The notes under the pieces were generated by a model. The model did no database searches and was not told where the DNA came from. It was given only the letters and a program-made list of their open reading frames with translations. Positions 39,153 to 47,622 of a stretch of DNA of 64,000 nucleotides are shown in pieces. This DNA is from a virus. Location: the IMG/VR virus record IMGVR_UViG_3300012953_006686, positions 29,700 through 93,699 of that record. One strand, given 5' to 3'. Within the stretch, counting starts at the first letter, position 1, and each line of letters begins with the position of its first letter. The translations under genes and the position numbers were made by a program.

Positions 39153-39959
39153 TTATGCTCCTAATTCTCGTAAAATATGAAAATCTATAATTTCTACAGT
39201 TTCTTCCGGAGAGCCTACTTCAAATGCTCTGCCTGTATCTTTCAAGGCTGAAAATATCTCATAATCATTTCCTGTCGGGCTGCAACGATCACCTACAAAC
39301 CAAAATGTCCAGTTAGGTCCATCAAAATGATTTAAAGCAAATGTCTTGTCCCAACCATTAGGAAATATATCAAACGAAGTATTACCTCCCAATTTAACTG
39401 TTACATCCATTTTGGCAGTAGAGATATAATCTTTTAGCTTCTGTAGATATCTTTTACGGACTCCGTACAGGCTATCCAAAGCTTTAAAAACGTCTCTATC
39501 TTCTTGCAATGCGTTTCTTCCAATTGGACACCAATTAATCATTGAACCACGATTCTGCACAAAATTACCAGTTAACGGTATATCTCCGTTTTCTTCTACA
39601 ATTTGCGCTTGTAATATACAAAGAACATTCATTAACTTTTGAAAATCTTCTTTGCCAATCGAATCAATCATATACTCTTTTGACATGGCATTGAAAATTA
39701 TTTCTTCATCACCATATGGAATAACATATTCAGTCCCATTACAGGGCAGTAGGTGACAGTTTTGACGTATAATTGGATCGGCTAAAGCTGGCCACAATTG
39801 TTCTTTAATATATTCTAGTCCGGAGCCAGTTAAAAAACCAATTTCGGCATGCCGAGATAATTCACGTAGAGCTTTAAGCATTGCTTTTTGAATTGGTCTT
39901 CTTGCTTCTGTTAAAGTTCCGTCTACGTCAAACAATATAAGATGTTGTGGTTGCAACAT
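39153..39959 (-). CDS. HAD-IIB (eukaryote-type) phosphomannomutase
   Basis: LFDVDGTLTEAR, RGSMINWCPIGRN, GGNTSFDIFPNGWDK and FVGDR...GNDYEIF, matching PMM1/PMM2 signatures. Confidence 0.85.
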   Translation of the reverse strand: MLQPQHLILFDVDGTLTEARRPIQKAMLKALRELSRHAEIGFLTGSGLEYIKEQLWPALADPIIRQNCHLLPCNGTEYVIPYGDEEIIFNAMSKEYMIDSIGKEDFQKLMNVLCILQAQIVEENGDIPLTGNFVQNRGSMINWCPIGRNALQEDRDVFKALDSLYGVRKRYLQKLKDYISTAKMDVTVKLGGNTSFDIFPNGWDKTFALNHFDGPNWTFWFVGDRCSPTGNDYEIFSALKDTGRAFEVGSPEETVEIIDFHILRELGA

Positions 39960-40304
39960 TTAATCTCCTGCTGGGGTTGGGGGTAAAACCCAAGGCGACG
40001 AAAGAGCATCTTGTTTCTGCTCACAATCGCAACCGAATACAGATACTGAATCCATGCGATTGCCATTAGAACTACAAGACGTCTCACATTGTTTAATAAC
40101 TTCTTCATCTACTTGACAAGAATTTACAAATACAATTATAATCACCGTTGCGCAAATGTAAAGTATACCTTTACCTATAAACGATAAATCTAGCGAACCG
40201 AAGGGATCTGGTGGTTCTGGTGGTCTTCTATTTGATCTGCCGTAGTCGGATGTATCGTCCTGATTCCTCGTCGTAGATGAGTCGTTGTTTGGATATCTCG
40301 TCAA
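39960..40304 (-). CDS. Membrane protein with Cys-rich C-terminus
   Basis: Central TM helix; CxxxC...CxC. Confidence 0.55.
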   Translation of the reverse strand: MTRYPNNDSSTTRNQDDTSDYGRSNRRPPEPPDPFGSLDLSFIGKGILYICATVIIIVFVNSCQVDEEVIKQCETSCSSNGNRMDSVSVFGCDCEQKQDALSSPWVLPPTPAGD

Positions 40305-40524
40305 TTACGTGCTCTCTAAAAATATTAGCTGCCGGATTCTCATTGAGTTCAGCCTCTCTCTCAGATTGATACTCTTGTTTCATCTGATCCAGTAAACATT
40401 GTACCCTATGATTTAACTCTTGTGTTCTATATTTTTCGTTTTTTCTAAATTGCATAAATTTATATCCAAAATATGCAAAGGTAAGGCAGTTGACGCCTAA
40501 GATTAATAATAAAAAGTCTAACAT
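40228..40524 (-). CDS. Membrane-anchored hypothetical protein
   Basis: N-terminal TM helix. Confidence 0.6.
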   Translation of the reverse strand: MLDFLLLILGVNCLTFAYFGYKFMQFRKNEKYRTQELNHRVQCLLDQMKQEYQSEREAELNENPAANIFREHVIDEISKQRLIYDEESGRYIRLRQIK

Positions 40525-40533
40525 GTTGTCCCC

Positions 40534-41544
40534 CTATACACCTGTATCGCCTGTATCTCCTTCTTCTGGAAAGTAACGATATCCCACTTCCACTAATTCA
40601 TTCCCACCCGGAATGATTGTAAAGTAAATAGTATTATCAGTGGCAGAATAATACCAATCATAATTTAAAGCTCCATTTATGAACACTCTGATTGAATCTT
40701 CAACAGGCTCGTAAGTTAGCTGAATGTATTCATATGGCTCTAAGCGTGTTGCAGCATCTACTACGCCGGCGCTCCAATCTTCAGAGCAAATATCTACAAT
40801 TTGTCCCATAAAGTGATTAGTGGCTTCCATATATCTATCGCCAATGTTAACACTACTTGGTGTTCTTTCGCATACAGAATCCTCTTGTTTTACATTTACA
40901 ATACTTGATAAGTATGATGAACCTCCACGTTCTCCTTGGTACCAAGATATAAACCCATCAACAGTAGGAAAATGTGCGTCACTTTGATCTTCTTCATCTG
41001 ATACAAATACTACTAACAATGCCGCATCATAACGAAGCCAAGTTTGAGCATAAGTATTATTTACAAGATATTCATATGCGGCATCGAAACCTTCCTCGCG
41101 GTGACCTCTGCCCATATTATTGTACATAATTTCAGCATCAACTATATCATCTCCTGGAACTAATGGAAATTGTGCCTCAATTGAGGCTTCTGCTGGATCG
41201 TTTGACATCATAGCCAATCGCCAGCCGCTTTCTGGAAGCGCTAACAACATCGCTTCTATTCCTGCTAGTAGTTCTTCGTCATACAAATTCATAGAGCCTG
41301 ATGTATCGATAACCCAAATAATATCAACACCATCAACTGACTGAGGCTGCGTAAAGGAGTCTACCCATATAAGACCTGGGTCTGTTGGCACCTCTTCATA
41401 AATATAGATAGGTACTTCTACTTCTTCGTAAACAACATGTATTCCCGAACCTTCACCAACAAGATGATAATCCATATTAGTTGTGCAGCCAGTTAAAACG
41501 GCTGCTACAAATACTAGCAGTTGTTTAAATAATTTGAGTGCCAT
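40534..41544 (-). CDS. vWA-domain lipoprotein
   Basis: Lipobox LTGC, MIDAS-like IDTSGSM, VSDEED, and a DTGDTG tail. Confidence 0.8.
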   Translation of the reverse strand: MALKLFKQLLVFVAAVLTGCTTNMDYHLVGEGSGIHVVYEEVEVPIYIYEEVPTDPGLIWVDSFTQPQSVDGVDIIWVIDTSGSMNLYDEELLAGIEAMLLALPESGWRLAMMSNDPAEASIEAQFPLVPGDDIVDAEIMYNNMGRGHREEGFDAAYEYLVNNTYAQTWLRYDAALLVVFVSDEEDQSDAHFPTVDGFISWYQGERGGSSYLSSIVNVKQEDSVCERTPSSVNIGDRYMEATNHFMGQIVDICSEDWSAGVVDAATRLEPYEYIQLTYEPVEDSIRVFINGALNYDWYYSATDNTIYFTIIPGGNELVEVGYRYFPEEGDTGDTGV

Positions 41545-41599
41545 CCCTATTAGTACGTAGGGGACGACTTACTAAAAACGTCTTCTTTGCTAAATTTTA

Positions 41600-42061
41600 T
41601 TATTTAAGAGAAATAATATCGTACAAAGTTGCGGGAGAAATTTTAGCTCTTTCAAAAATTCTAGCCTTTTTCCAGTCGATCACCCGGCTTACTCTCAAAG
41701 CATGCGCGATCCATTCACTACAATACCATCTTCCTTTATGTTTGATTTTAAAAGGAACAAGATGCGAAAGTATCATTCCCCACCAATCATATCGGCAACC
41801 TTGAGTGCGTTCAAAAAATTCTTTTATTGTTCCTACTTGGTCTTCAGTAACTTTAAGAGTTACAAAATCCCAATTTTTTGGTTCCCACTTTTCTTTTTTT
41901 ATAGCAGTTAATTTTGAGGAAGAAAAGGGTCCAATACGTATCCAAGTAACGCCATCAGGTAAAATTAGCTCAGCATGAGAGTAAGGACTTTTTGTCCACC
42001 ATCTGACGATTCTATTGAACAAATCGCCCCTGCCTTTGTAAAACGCTACTTTTATTTCCAT
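41600..42061 (-). CDS. Permuted papain-like (YiiX/NlpC-P60) amidase
   Basis: SPYSHAEL...YDW...WYCSE...ISP. Confidence 0.75.
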   Translation of the reverse strand: MEIKVAFYKGRGDLFNRIVRWWTKSPYSHAELILPDGVTWIRIGPFSSSKLTAIKKEKWEPKNWDFVTLKVTEDQVGTIKEFFERTQGCRYDWWGMILSHLVPFKIKHKGRWYCSEWIAHALRVSRVIDWKKARIFERAKISPATLYDIISLK

Positions 42062-42146
42062 TTTTTTTTAGGTTCGTAAATAAACGCCTCCATTAGTACG
42101 TATCGAGATCGTCTTTTAATCATACCAAAAATTTTATTATTTTTGT

Positions 42147-42176
42147 AAAAAAAATGGGGGACAAAAAGCCCCCCCA
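42147..42176 (-). terminator. Rho-independent terminator
   Basis: TGGGGGGGC-TTTTT-GTCCCCCA followed by T8 on the minus strand. Confidence 0.75.
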
Positions 42177-42181
42177 AATAG

Positions 42182-42424
42182 TCAATTTTTTTTTGTGCTT
42201 ATTACGGAAGAAACCAAATCTACCAAAACATCCGGCATTTCTTCTTCAACACCCGAATCAAGCCACATAATAGTCAGACGATCGTGGATTATTCTTTCAT
42301 TAAGATAAAACGTAGAATCAACAGCAATAACAATACCAGTCATTTGATCATCGTAGCCTATTGTAATAAAATCTTTTTCTCTTACAATATCGCCGACACG
42401 AAACTGGTATTCGTCGTCATTCAC
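42182..42424 (-). CDS. Small SH3/KOW-like protein
   Basis: FRVGDIV...GIVI...IMW...LVS. Confidence 0.65.
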   Translation of the reverse strand: MNDDEYQFRVGDIVREKDFITIGYDDQMTGIVIAVDSTFYLNERIIHDRLTIMWLDSGVEEEMPDVLVDLVSSVISTKKN

Positions 42425-42431
42425 ATATTAA

Positions 42432-42887
42432 TTATTCTTCAGACGTAGTTTCTGTACTATCAATCTTTACCAGCTCAATTTCAAAATTGATATCTTTGCC
42501 CGCAAGTGGGTGATTATGATCCAAAACTACATTGTCTTCATTAAGCTTTACAATTCTAGCAATGACAGGTGAGCCACTGCTATTTTGACCTTGGACTGCA
42601 GTCCCCTCTTTAAAAGGAAACCCTTCTGGAAATGCAGACTTTGGAACCGAAATAATAGCTTCTTCAATTACTGGTCCGTATGCTTGGTCAGCGGTAAGAT
42701 TAACAGTTTTGGTTTCGCCTTCGGTCATTCCTAACAGCGCTGTCTCAAATCCTTTAATCAAACTACCTTGTCCAACTAAAATACTCATCGTTTCTCCTCT
42801 ATCCCAAGAGGAATCAAATACCTCTCCATTCGGAAAAGTTCCCTTATAATGTAATTCAACGGAATTTCCGTTTGCTACTGTTTTCAT
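42432..42887 (-). CDS. FKBP-type peptidyl-prolyl isomerase (SlyD/FkpB-like)
   Basis: HYKG...FDSS, LIKGFE, AYG and DHNHPLAGKDINF. Confidence 0.92.
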   Translation of the reverse strand: MKTVANGNSVELHYKGTFPNGEVFDSSWDRGETMSILVGQGSLIKGFETALLGMTEGETKTVNLTADQAYGPVIEEAIISVPKSAFPEGFPFKEGTAVQGQNSSGSPVIARIVKLNEDNVVLDHNHPLAGKDINFEIELVKIDSTETTSEE

Positions 42888-43093
42888 TTTTTATTATTAT
42901 CCTTTATTCTTTTGCGACTTTTGACTGCTTTTTCTACTTCTTCTGTTGGAAGTTCCATACCTTCCTTTAAATCCCAAAGGGCTTTTTCAATTTCATCTGT
43001 CACTTCACCGTCCAAGTCGTCATCTATGAAGTGAGTTTTCTCTACTCGTTTATATTGTATCTTGTTTCTTATATTTTGTATAAATTTATTCAT
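42884..43093 (-). CDS. Hypothetical protein
   Basis: Likely start MNKFIQ at 43093. Confidence 0.6.
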   Translation of the reverse strand: MNKFIQNIRNKIQYKRVEKTHFIDDDLDGEVTDEIEKALWDLKEGMELPTEEVEKAVKSRKRIKDNNKK

Positions 43094-43250
43094 TTTTAGC
43101 CTTAATATAATTTCCAAAGCAATAGCCAGATGCTAATACACAAATAGCTGCAAGTACCCAACTTTGGTCAACTAGTAAAGTAACAGCAAATACGCCGTTT
43201 ATTACAGAGCAGCCTAGGCTAGTATATTTTGAACTTAAAAATTCTCTCAT
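43086..43250 (-). CDS. 54-aa two-TM small membrane protein (not in ORF track)
   Basis: MREFLSSKYTSLGCSVINGVFAVTLLVDQSWVLAAICVLASGYCFGNYIKAKNE; SD AAGGAG. Confidence 0.7.
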   Translation of the reverse strand: MREFLSSKYTSLGCSVINGVFAVTLLVDQSWVLAAICVLASGYCFGNYIKAKNE

Positions 43251-43251
43251 T

Positions 43252-43494
43252 TTATTTCTCCTTAATTAATTCAGGTGGACACACCACCCATCTTAAACTA
43301 CATTCATGATCATTATAAAGCTGTCCGTGATATAATCTCTTTACTCCAGTTTGTATGACACTTTTCTTATCTATTCTTAAAGAAAAATATAGTTTTTCAG
43401 CCATTTTTTCTGCTCTTGGCCAGTTACGAGCCATTCCGCGTATACGATCTTCACGATCGCTTTTAAGTCTATACCAAATTAAATAATCTTTCAT
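43252..43494 (-). CDS. Hypothetical protein
   Basis: Start MKDYLIW immediately after the tmRNA 3' end. Confidence 0.6.
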   Translation of the reverse strand: MKDYLIWYRLKSDREDRIRGMARNWPRAEKMAEKLYFSLRIDKKSVIQTGVKRLYHGQLYNDHECSLRWVVCPPELIKEK

Positions 43495-43504
43495 TTTTTT
43501 TAAA

Positions 43505-43841
43505 TGGTGGAAGCGGCGGGAGTCGAACCCGCGTCCACGATACCTCAAAAGGCAAGTCATTCACAAGCTTAGTTGGTTTTTATCAACTACCAACAAAATT
43601 AGACGGATATAATCTAATGCTGACCGCCCTGTTGCACTAGATGGTTTTAATTTTTACAACTTATCTGTTGTTTTGATTAGATTGGATAGAAGGCTCTAAT
43701 CGACCTCCTCGATTAAGCCGCTAAGCGTGCTGCTTCGAAGTGTGTGTTGTTATTTGCAACTATTATTTTGAACTTTTAAGGTGGTATCTTACCTACTTGC
43801 ACTCGACTTCATCCTTACCCTGTCGAAGCCATTTCGCTCCC
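43505..43841 (-). ncRNA. ssrA: tmRNA, tag (A)ANNNTHFEAARLAA
   Basis: 5' GGGAGCG pairs with 3' CGCTTCC-ACCA, including the G3-U70 alanine identity pair. T-arm GCGGGTTCGACTCCCGC. Tag reading frame GCA AAT AAC...GCG GCT TAA at 43757-43713 ends in LAA. Length 337 nt. Confidence 0.95.
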
Positions 43842-44048
43842 TTTTCTTACTTTCTTGACTATAATCCCTGCTGGGGTTCCATCATCACCGTCAAGCCAAA
43901 TGACAATTTCTTCTTTTGATTTCTCTCTGTGTTGTTTTTTGAAATCAATACTTTTCTTTGCTGCTTTGATAGCAGCTGCTTCTGAGGAATGTTTACTAAC
44001 TAGATCGCCTTGAATAAAGCGACCATTGTAAGCATATACTTTCCACAT
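43815..44048 (-). CDS. Hypothetical protein whose last 8 codons and stop lie inside the tmRNA
   Basis: SD ACAGGAGG 5 nt before ATG; ends GGG AGC GAA ATG GCT TCG ACA GGG TAA. Confidence 0.75.
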   Translation of the reverse strand: MWKVYAYNGRFIQGDLVSKHSSEAAAIKAAKKSIDFKKQHREKSKEEIVIWLDGDDGTPAGIIVKKVRKGSEMASTG

Positions 44049-44157
44049 TTTTCCTCCTGTTAAAAAGCCAACCGGATGTGGTTCTCTTGCTCCCCACTCG
44101 CTAGTCTCCCAATTATTTTATATCCTTAATGAGACATCCGGATATTACCTTAATTTA

Positions 44158-44186
44158 ATTATAAACGATTGGTTTAAATTTGTCAA
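44158..44186 (-). promoter_or_regulatory. sigma70-type promoter for the tmRNA operon
   Basis: Perfect TTGACA-N17-TATAAT. Confidence 0.9.
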
Positions 44187-44530
44187 ACATCTTTGAAGTA
44201 ATCTTCTACTTCGTATTTTCTGAGAAGCTTCTTAAATTCTACGTAGGTAAGATCTAAGAATCTTGCTGCATCTTTCTTTGATTTGGTTGTTGAGATAGCA
44301 AATTTTAAAATTGCTTCCTGGACAATCTTATTAGAGTTTCTCCAAATATCAAAACCATACAACCTGTTATTAATAAGATTACAAGAAAGTTCTAACTTAA
44401 TAGCTATAAGGTCTTCTAAGGTTAAATTAGAAATTAACACTAATAAACTATCATTTAACTTGTTTTGATCTCTTAATTTAGTTATAATGCTTTTATTGAT
44501 AGTAGTTGAAAGCTTTTGTTTGTTTGCCAT
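44183..44530 (-). CDS. Fis-like HTH DNA-binding protein
   Basis: C-terminal SKKDAARFLDLTYVEFKKLLRKY resembles the Fis/NtrC HTH. Confidence 0.65.
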   Translation of the reverse strand: MANKQKLSTTINKSIITKLRDQNKLNDSLLVLISNLTLEDLIAIKLELSCNLINNRLYGFDIWRNSNKIVQEAILKFAISTTKSKKDAARFLDLTYVEFKKLLRKYEVEDYFKDV

Positions 44531-44605
44531 CACATATATAAAGGTAACTGATTTCAGATAGCTTGTCAAGTGACAATTATGAAAAAAATGTTTTCACAAG
44601 TGTTT

Positions 44606-45406
44606 TCATAAGCCTAATTCTGCCTCATCGGGTGTTGGCTGGTTTAAGTCTGCTGCAGCAGGGTCACCTTCATCAGCTTTTGCTGTATCATAAGCTTGAT
44701 TTGTTGGCTCTTCTACTTGGCCAGAAAGCTCGCTTTCAAACTTATCAAAATATAGCTTGACATTAGCAATCAAATAGTCGTAGAATAGTTCTTGGTCCTC
44801 TTCATTCGAGAGTAATTCATATGAGTCAATAATTGCGCTTTCAACTTTTTTAAAGCTATTGTAAGCCATATTACGACCGGTCTGGTCATTATCTTCTAAT
44901 CCAGCACCAAATGTGTCTCTTGGGTCTTCAGGTTCATCATCAGATTTCTTTTCTGCGTCAGTGCGAATATCAATAAATTTATCTTCATCTGCAGTCGCTT
45001 CATCCCCAACTTCGATATCGATTATTTCTTCTAATGCTACATTGGCACCTGCAGGTTCAGCTTCGTTGTTAGTTTCAACAGGGGTAAGAGTGTCTACAAC
45101 TGCCTTTACAATATGTGCTCTATAAGAGCCTCTCTGATCTTCATCTGTGGTCATTTGTTTAAAATCATCTTCTAAAACAGGGATAATCTTTTTAAGCAAA
45201 TCTTCAAGTACGTTAATACCTGTTGATTTATTTGGAGACGGATCAACATCCGCGGTTTGCCTTTCTTCTAACGCATCTAATTCGTAATCAATCATTGAAC
45301 GTATAATTATGCGAAGCTCTTGCTCTTCATTGAGCTTTTTTTGCTTGACGTGGCGAATAAGGTGTTTTATGGTATTTCTTAATTCTTTTTCTTCTGTTAA
45401 ATTCAT
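44606..45406 (-). CDS. Acidic hypothetical protein (possible head-internal/scaffold protein)
   Basis: Very acidic, with repeated EExELRxxI helices. Confidence 0.7.
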   Translation of the reverse strand: MNLTEEKELRNTIKHLIRHVKQKKLNEEQELRIIIRSMIDYELDALEERQTADVDPSPNKSTGINVLEDLLKKIIPVLEDDFKQMTTDEDQRGSYRAHIVKAVVDTLTPVETNNEAEPAGANVALEEIIDIEVGDEATADEDKFIDIRTDAEKKSDDEPEDPRDTFGAGLEDNDQTGRNMAYNSFKKVESAIIDSYELLSNEEDQELFYDYLIANVKLYFDKFESELSGQVEEPTNQAYDTAKADEGDPAAADLNQPTPDEAELGL

Positions 45407-47619
45407 TTTGTAAGACCTCTTTCAATAAGTAGTTCTAATACTTCATCAACTAATGATAAATCAAAGTTCTCAAAATATTTGTCCTTTTTCTTTTTCTTTT
45501 TGTCTCGTTTGCCGGGTCTATTTTCACCCGACGTAGATGCCAAAGGGCCACTATATCCCCCCACTGAACCAACTCCCATCGCTGATGTTTCTTCAAGAGG
45601 CTCATTAAGCCCCGCATCAATTCCGAGAATAGATAAAAATTCCATTACATTTTCAGGACTACCAGTAAAATCTTCAAGCAATTTAAGAGCTTCTTCATGC
45701 TTTTCTGTTTTTCCTAAAAGATATCTCATATCGCTAGCGTGAAAAGCTTTAGGATCTTTCTTTTTAACCACACTGGGCATTTCTTCTCTTAGTGGTGAAT
45801 TTTTTAATAGTTCCATATAGTCCGGACCATGTTGTACCGGATCTACAGCGCATATTTCTAAAGGACGAAGCCTTACGCCCTCCTTGACGTAGTTTGCAGC
45901 TTCACGAAAACGTTCAACATCGCCGCCTTTAGTACAAACGCCTAATATTACCTCTGTTCCCGACTCTAGAGGGCCTTTTTCGCCAATAAATTCATATGTA
46001 GCAGTAATCGGAGAAGCGTGATCAGAGATTTTAATTTCTACATTAGGTAAATGAGCAGCTAAAACTTGCCACATCCTTATAGAATCAGCAGCAGTAATTT
46101 CTTTTCCGTTTGGTAATTTACGCCCAGCCTTTGTTGGTTTAGATATTAAGACTACCACTTCCCCAGCTTCGTTAGCGTATTGCTCAACCATTTTAAGATG
46201 TCCTAAGTGCGGAGGTTTAAATGCGCCCGGAACAAGCGCAATAGGTTTTGTGCCGGCCCCTGCAGGTTGTGGATCAGCTTCCGCGGCATCTATAATATCT
46301 AAATCAACTTCTGGCTCTTGTTCAAAATCGAATTCAATTTCTGGGTCTTCTAAGTCTTCTGTCATGCCAGATCTTCTTGCCCTTCCGATAATTTGATTAG
46401 CCATAGCAAAAGCTCCAGTTAATTTGTAAATTTTATCAGAACCTGGAGGATATTCGAATACAACACCCTCAAGAGATGATGCAAGGTTTTCTATTTTACC
46501 CAATTTGGCTAATTGTTTATCAACTAACTCACCCATTTTTTCATCACCAGAATTCTGTAAATCTTTTAAATAAACAATTGATTGCTGAAGCTCAGCGCGC
46601 ATGCGCTGAACTTCCTTATCGTGATCATCGACAAAAAAGCTTTTAACACCCCGCAATACTTCAATTGCAAAATCACTAATTGCAATTTCTATAGGCTTTA
46701 ACACTGAGGCTATATATTTTCTTGAATTAGTCTTTGAGCCTAGTTTTGAAACAACAGATTGAAGTTCTTTTGGTAGTCCTTTTTTTGCTTTTACAACAGT
46801 AATACCACGAGATTTTGCCTCTTCAGGGTCCAACATCAACATTAAAACTTGTTCAGTTACATTGCTTGGTAAATCAACTTGCTCTGTATATTTTTTAACA
46901 ACTAAGCCAACATAATCTTTCAATTTTGCATCCATGCCTACGGGTGATGCAAATGATTGTATTTTAGATGTAACTTCTTCAAGAGCAGAACCATCTGCTA
47001 ACTTTTTAAGAGCTACAATTTTTGGTCCGTATATATTCCAGTTTTCACCACCTACTTCTTGAACGGCGCCGTCAATAGCTTTAACTAAAGAACGAAACTT
47101 TTCTTTAGCCAACATTCTTGAATCAGATGTTTCATCATCTCCAAAATATTGAAGTCCGTGTAAAACAATATTTGGAGCAGAATATAAAATAATATTAGGA
47201 TTTTTAGGATACATTATTTCCATATTAACGTATCTCTGACCGTTTGAAAAAATATCTTCAAGTGTTTCTGGGCTAAGCTTTCTTAAAGCCGCTGAAACGG
47301 CTTTAAAGCCATTTGTAAAGGCATTTTCTGCTGGGTGCCCCTTCCATTTGCTAATGTATTCTTCAGTGGACATTCCGCCTTTAAGAATATCTCCGCGATT
47401 TCTTGCTGTGCGAGCTTCTCCCTCATCAGTATCGTTAGCAATGCGAACTTCGCCGTCAGAATTAACAGTCCAACTTAAAAATAAGTTCTGTCCATCTACC
47501 TTCTCAGTCGCGTTTTTAATTTCTCCAGACGCAACTCTAGAAAGAATACTAACAATCTCATTGAAAGTCAGATCCAAATCCTCAGATAAATGGGCCATAT
47601 GGCCGGCAACGCCACCCAT
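45403..47619 (-). CDS. Fusion of an ATP-grasp ligase-like nucleotidyltransferase domain and a HIGH cytidylyltransferase-like domain
   Basis: TEKVDGQN (KxDG), EGVVF and YKLTG in the N-half; PGAFKPPHLGH and HASDMR in the C-half. Confidence 0.65.
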   Translation of the reverse strand: MGGVAGHMAHLSEDLDLTFNEIVSILSRVASGEIKNATEKVDGQNLFLSWTVNSDGEVRIANDTDEGEARTARNRGDILKGGMSTEEYISKWKGHPAENAFTNGFKAVSAALRKLSPETLEDIFSNGQRYVNMEIMYPKNPNIILYSAPNIVLHGLQYFGDDETSDSRMLAKEKFRSLVKAIDGAVQEVGGENWNIYGPKIVALKKLADGSALEEVTSKIQSFASPVGMDAKLKDYVGLVVKKYTEQVDLPSNVTEQVLMLMLDPEEAKSRGITVVKAKKGLPKELQSVVSKLGSKTNSRKYIASVLKPIEIAISDFAIEVLRGVKSFFVDDHDKEVQRMRAELQQSIVYLKDLQNSGDEKMGELVDKQLAKLGKIENLASSLEGVVFEYPPGSDKIYKLTGAFAMANQIIGRARRSGMTEDLEDPEIEFDFEQEPEVDLDIIDAAEADPQPAGAGTKPIALVPGAFKPPHLGHLKMVEQYANEAGEVVVLISKPTKAGRKLPNGKEITAADSIRMWQVLAAHLPNVEIKISDHASPITATYEFIGEKGPLESGTEVILGVCTKGGDVERFREAANYVKEGVRLRPLEICAVDPVQHGPDYMELLKNSPLREEMPSVVKKKDPKAFHASDMRYLLGKTEKHEEALKLLEDFTGSPENVMEFLSILGIDAGLNEPLEETSAMGVGSVGGYSGPLASTSGENRPGKRDKKKKKKDKYFENFDLSLVDEVLELLIERGLTK

Positions 47620-47622
47620 AGC

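Noticed and set aside
43495-43560. N-terminal extension of ORF 43252-43560
   Set aside because: It is the tmRNA 3' end read as protein.
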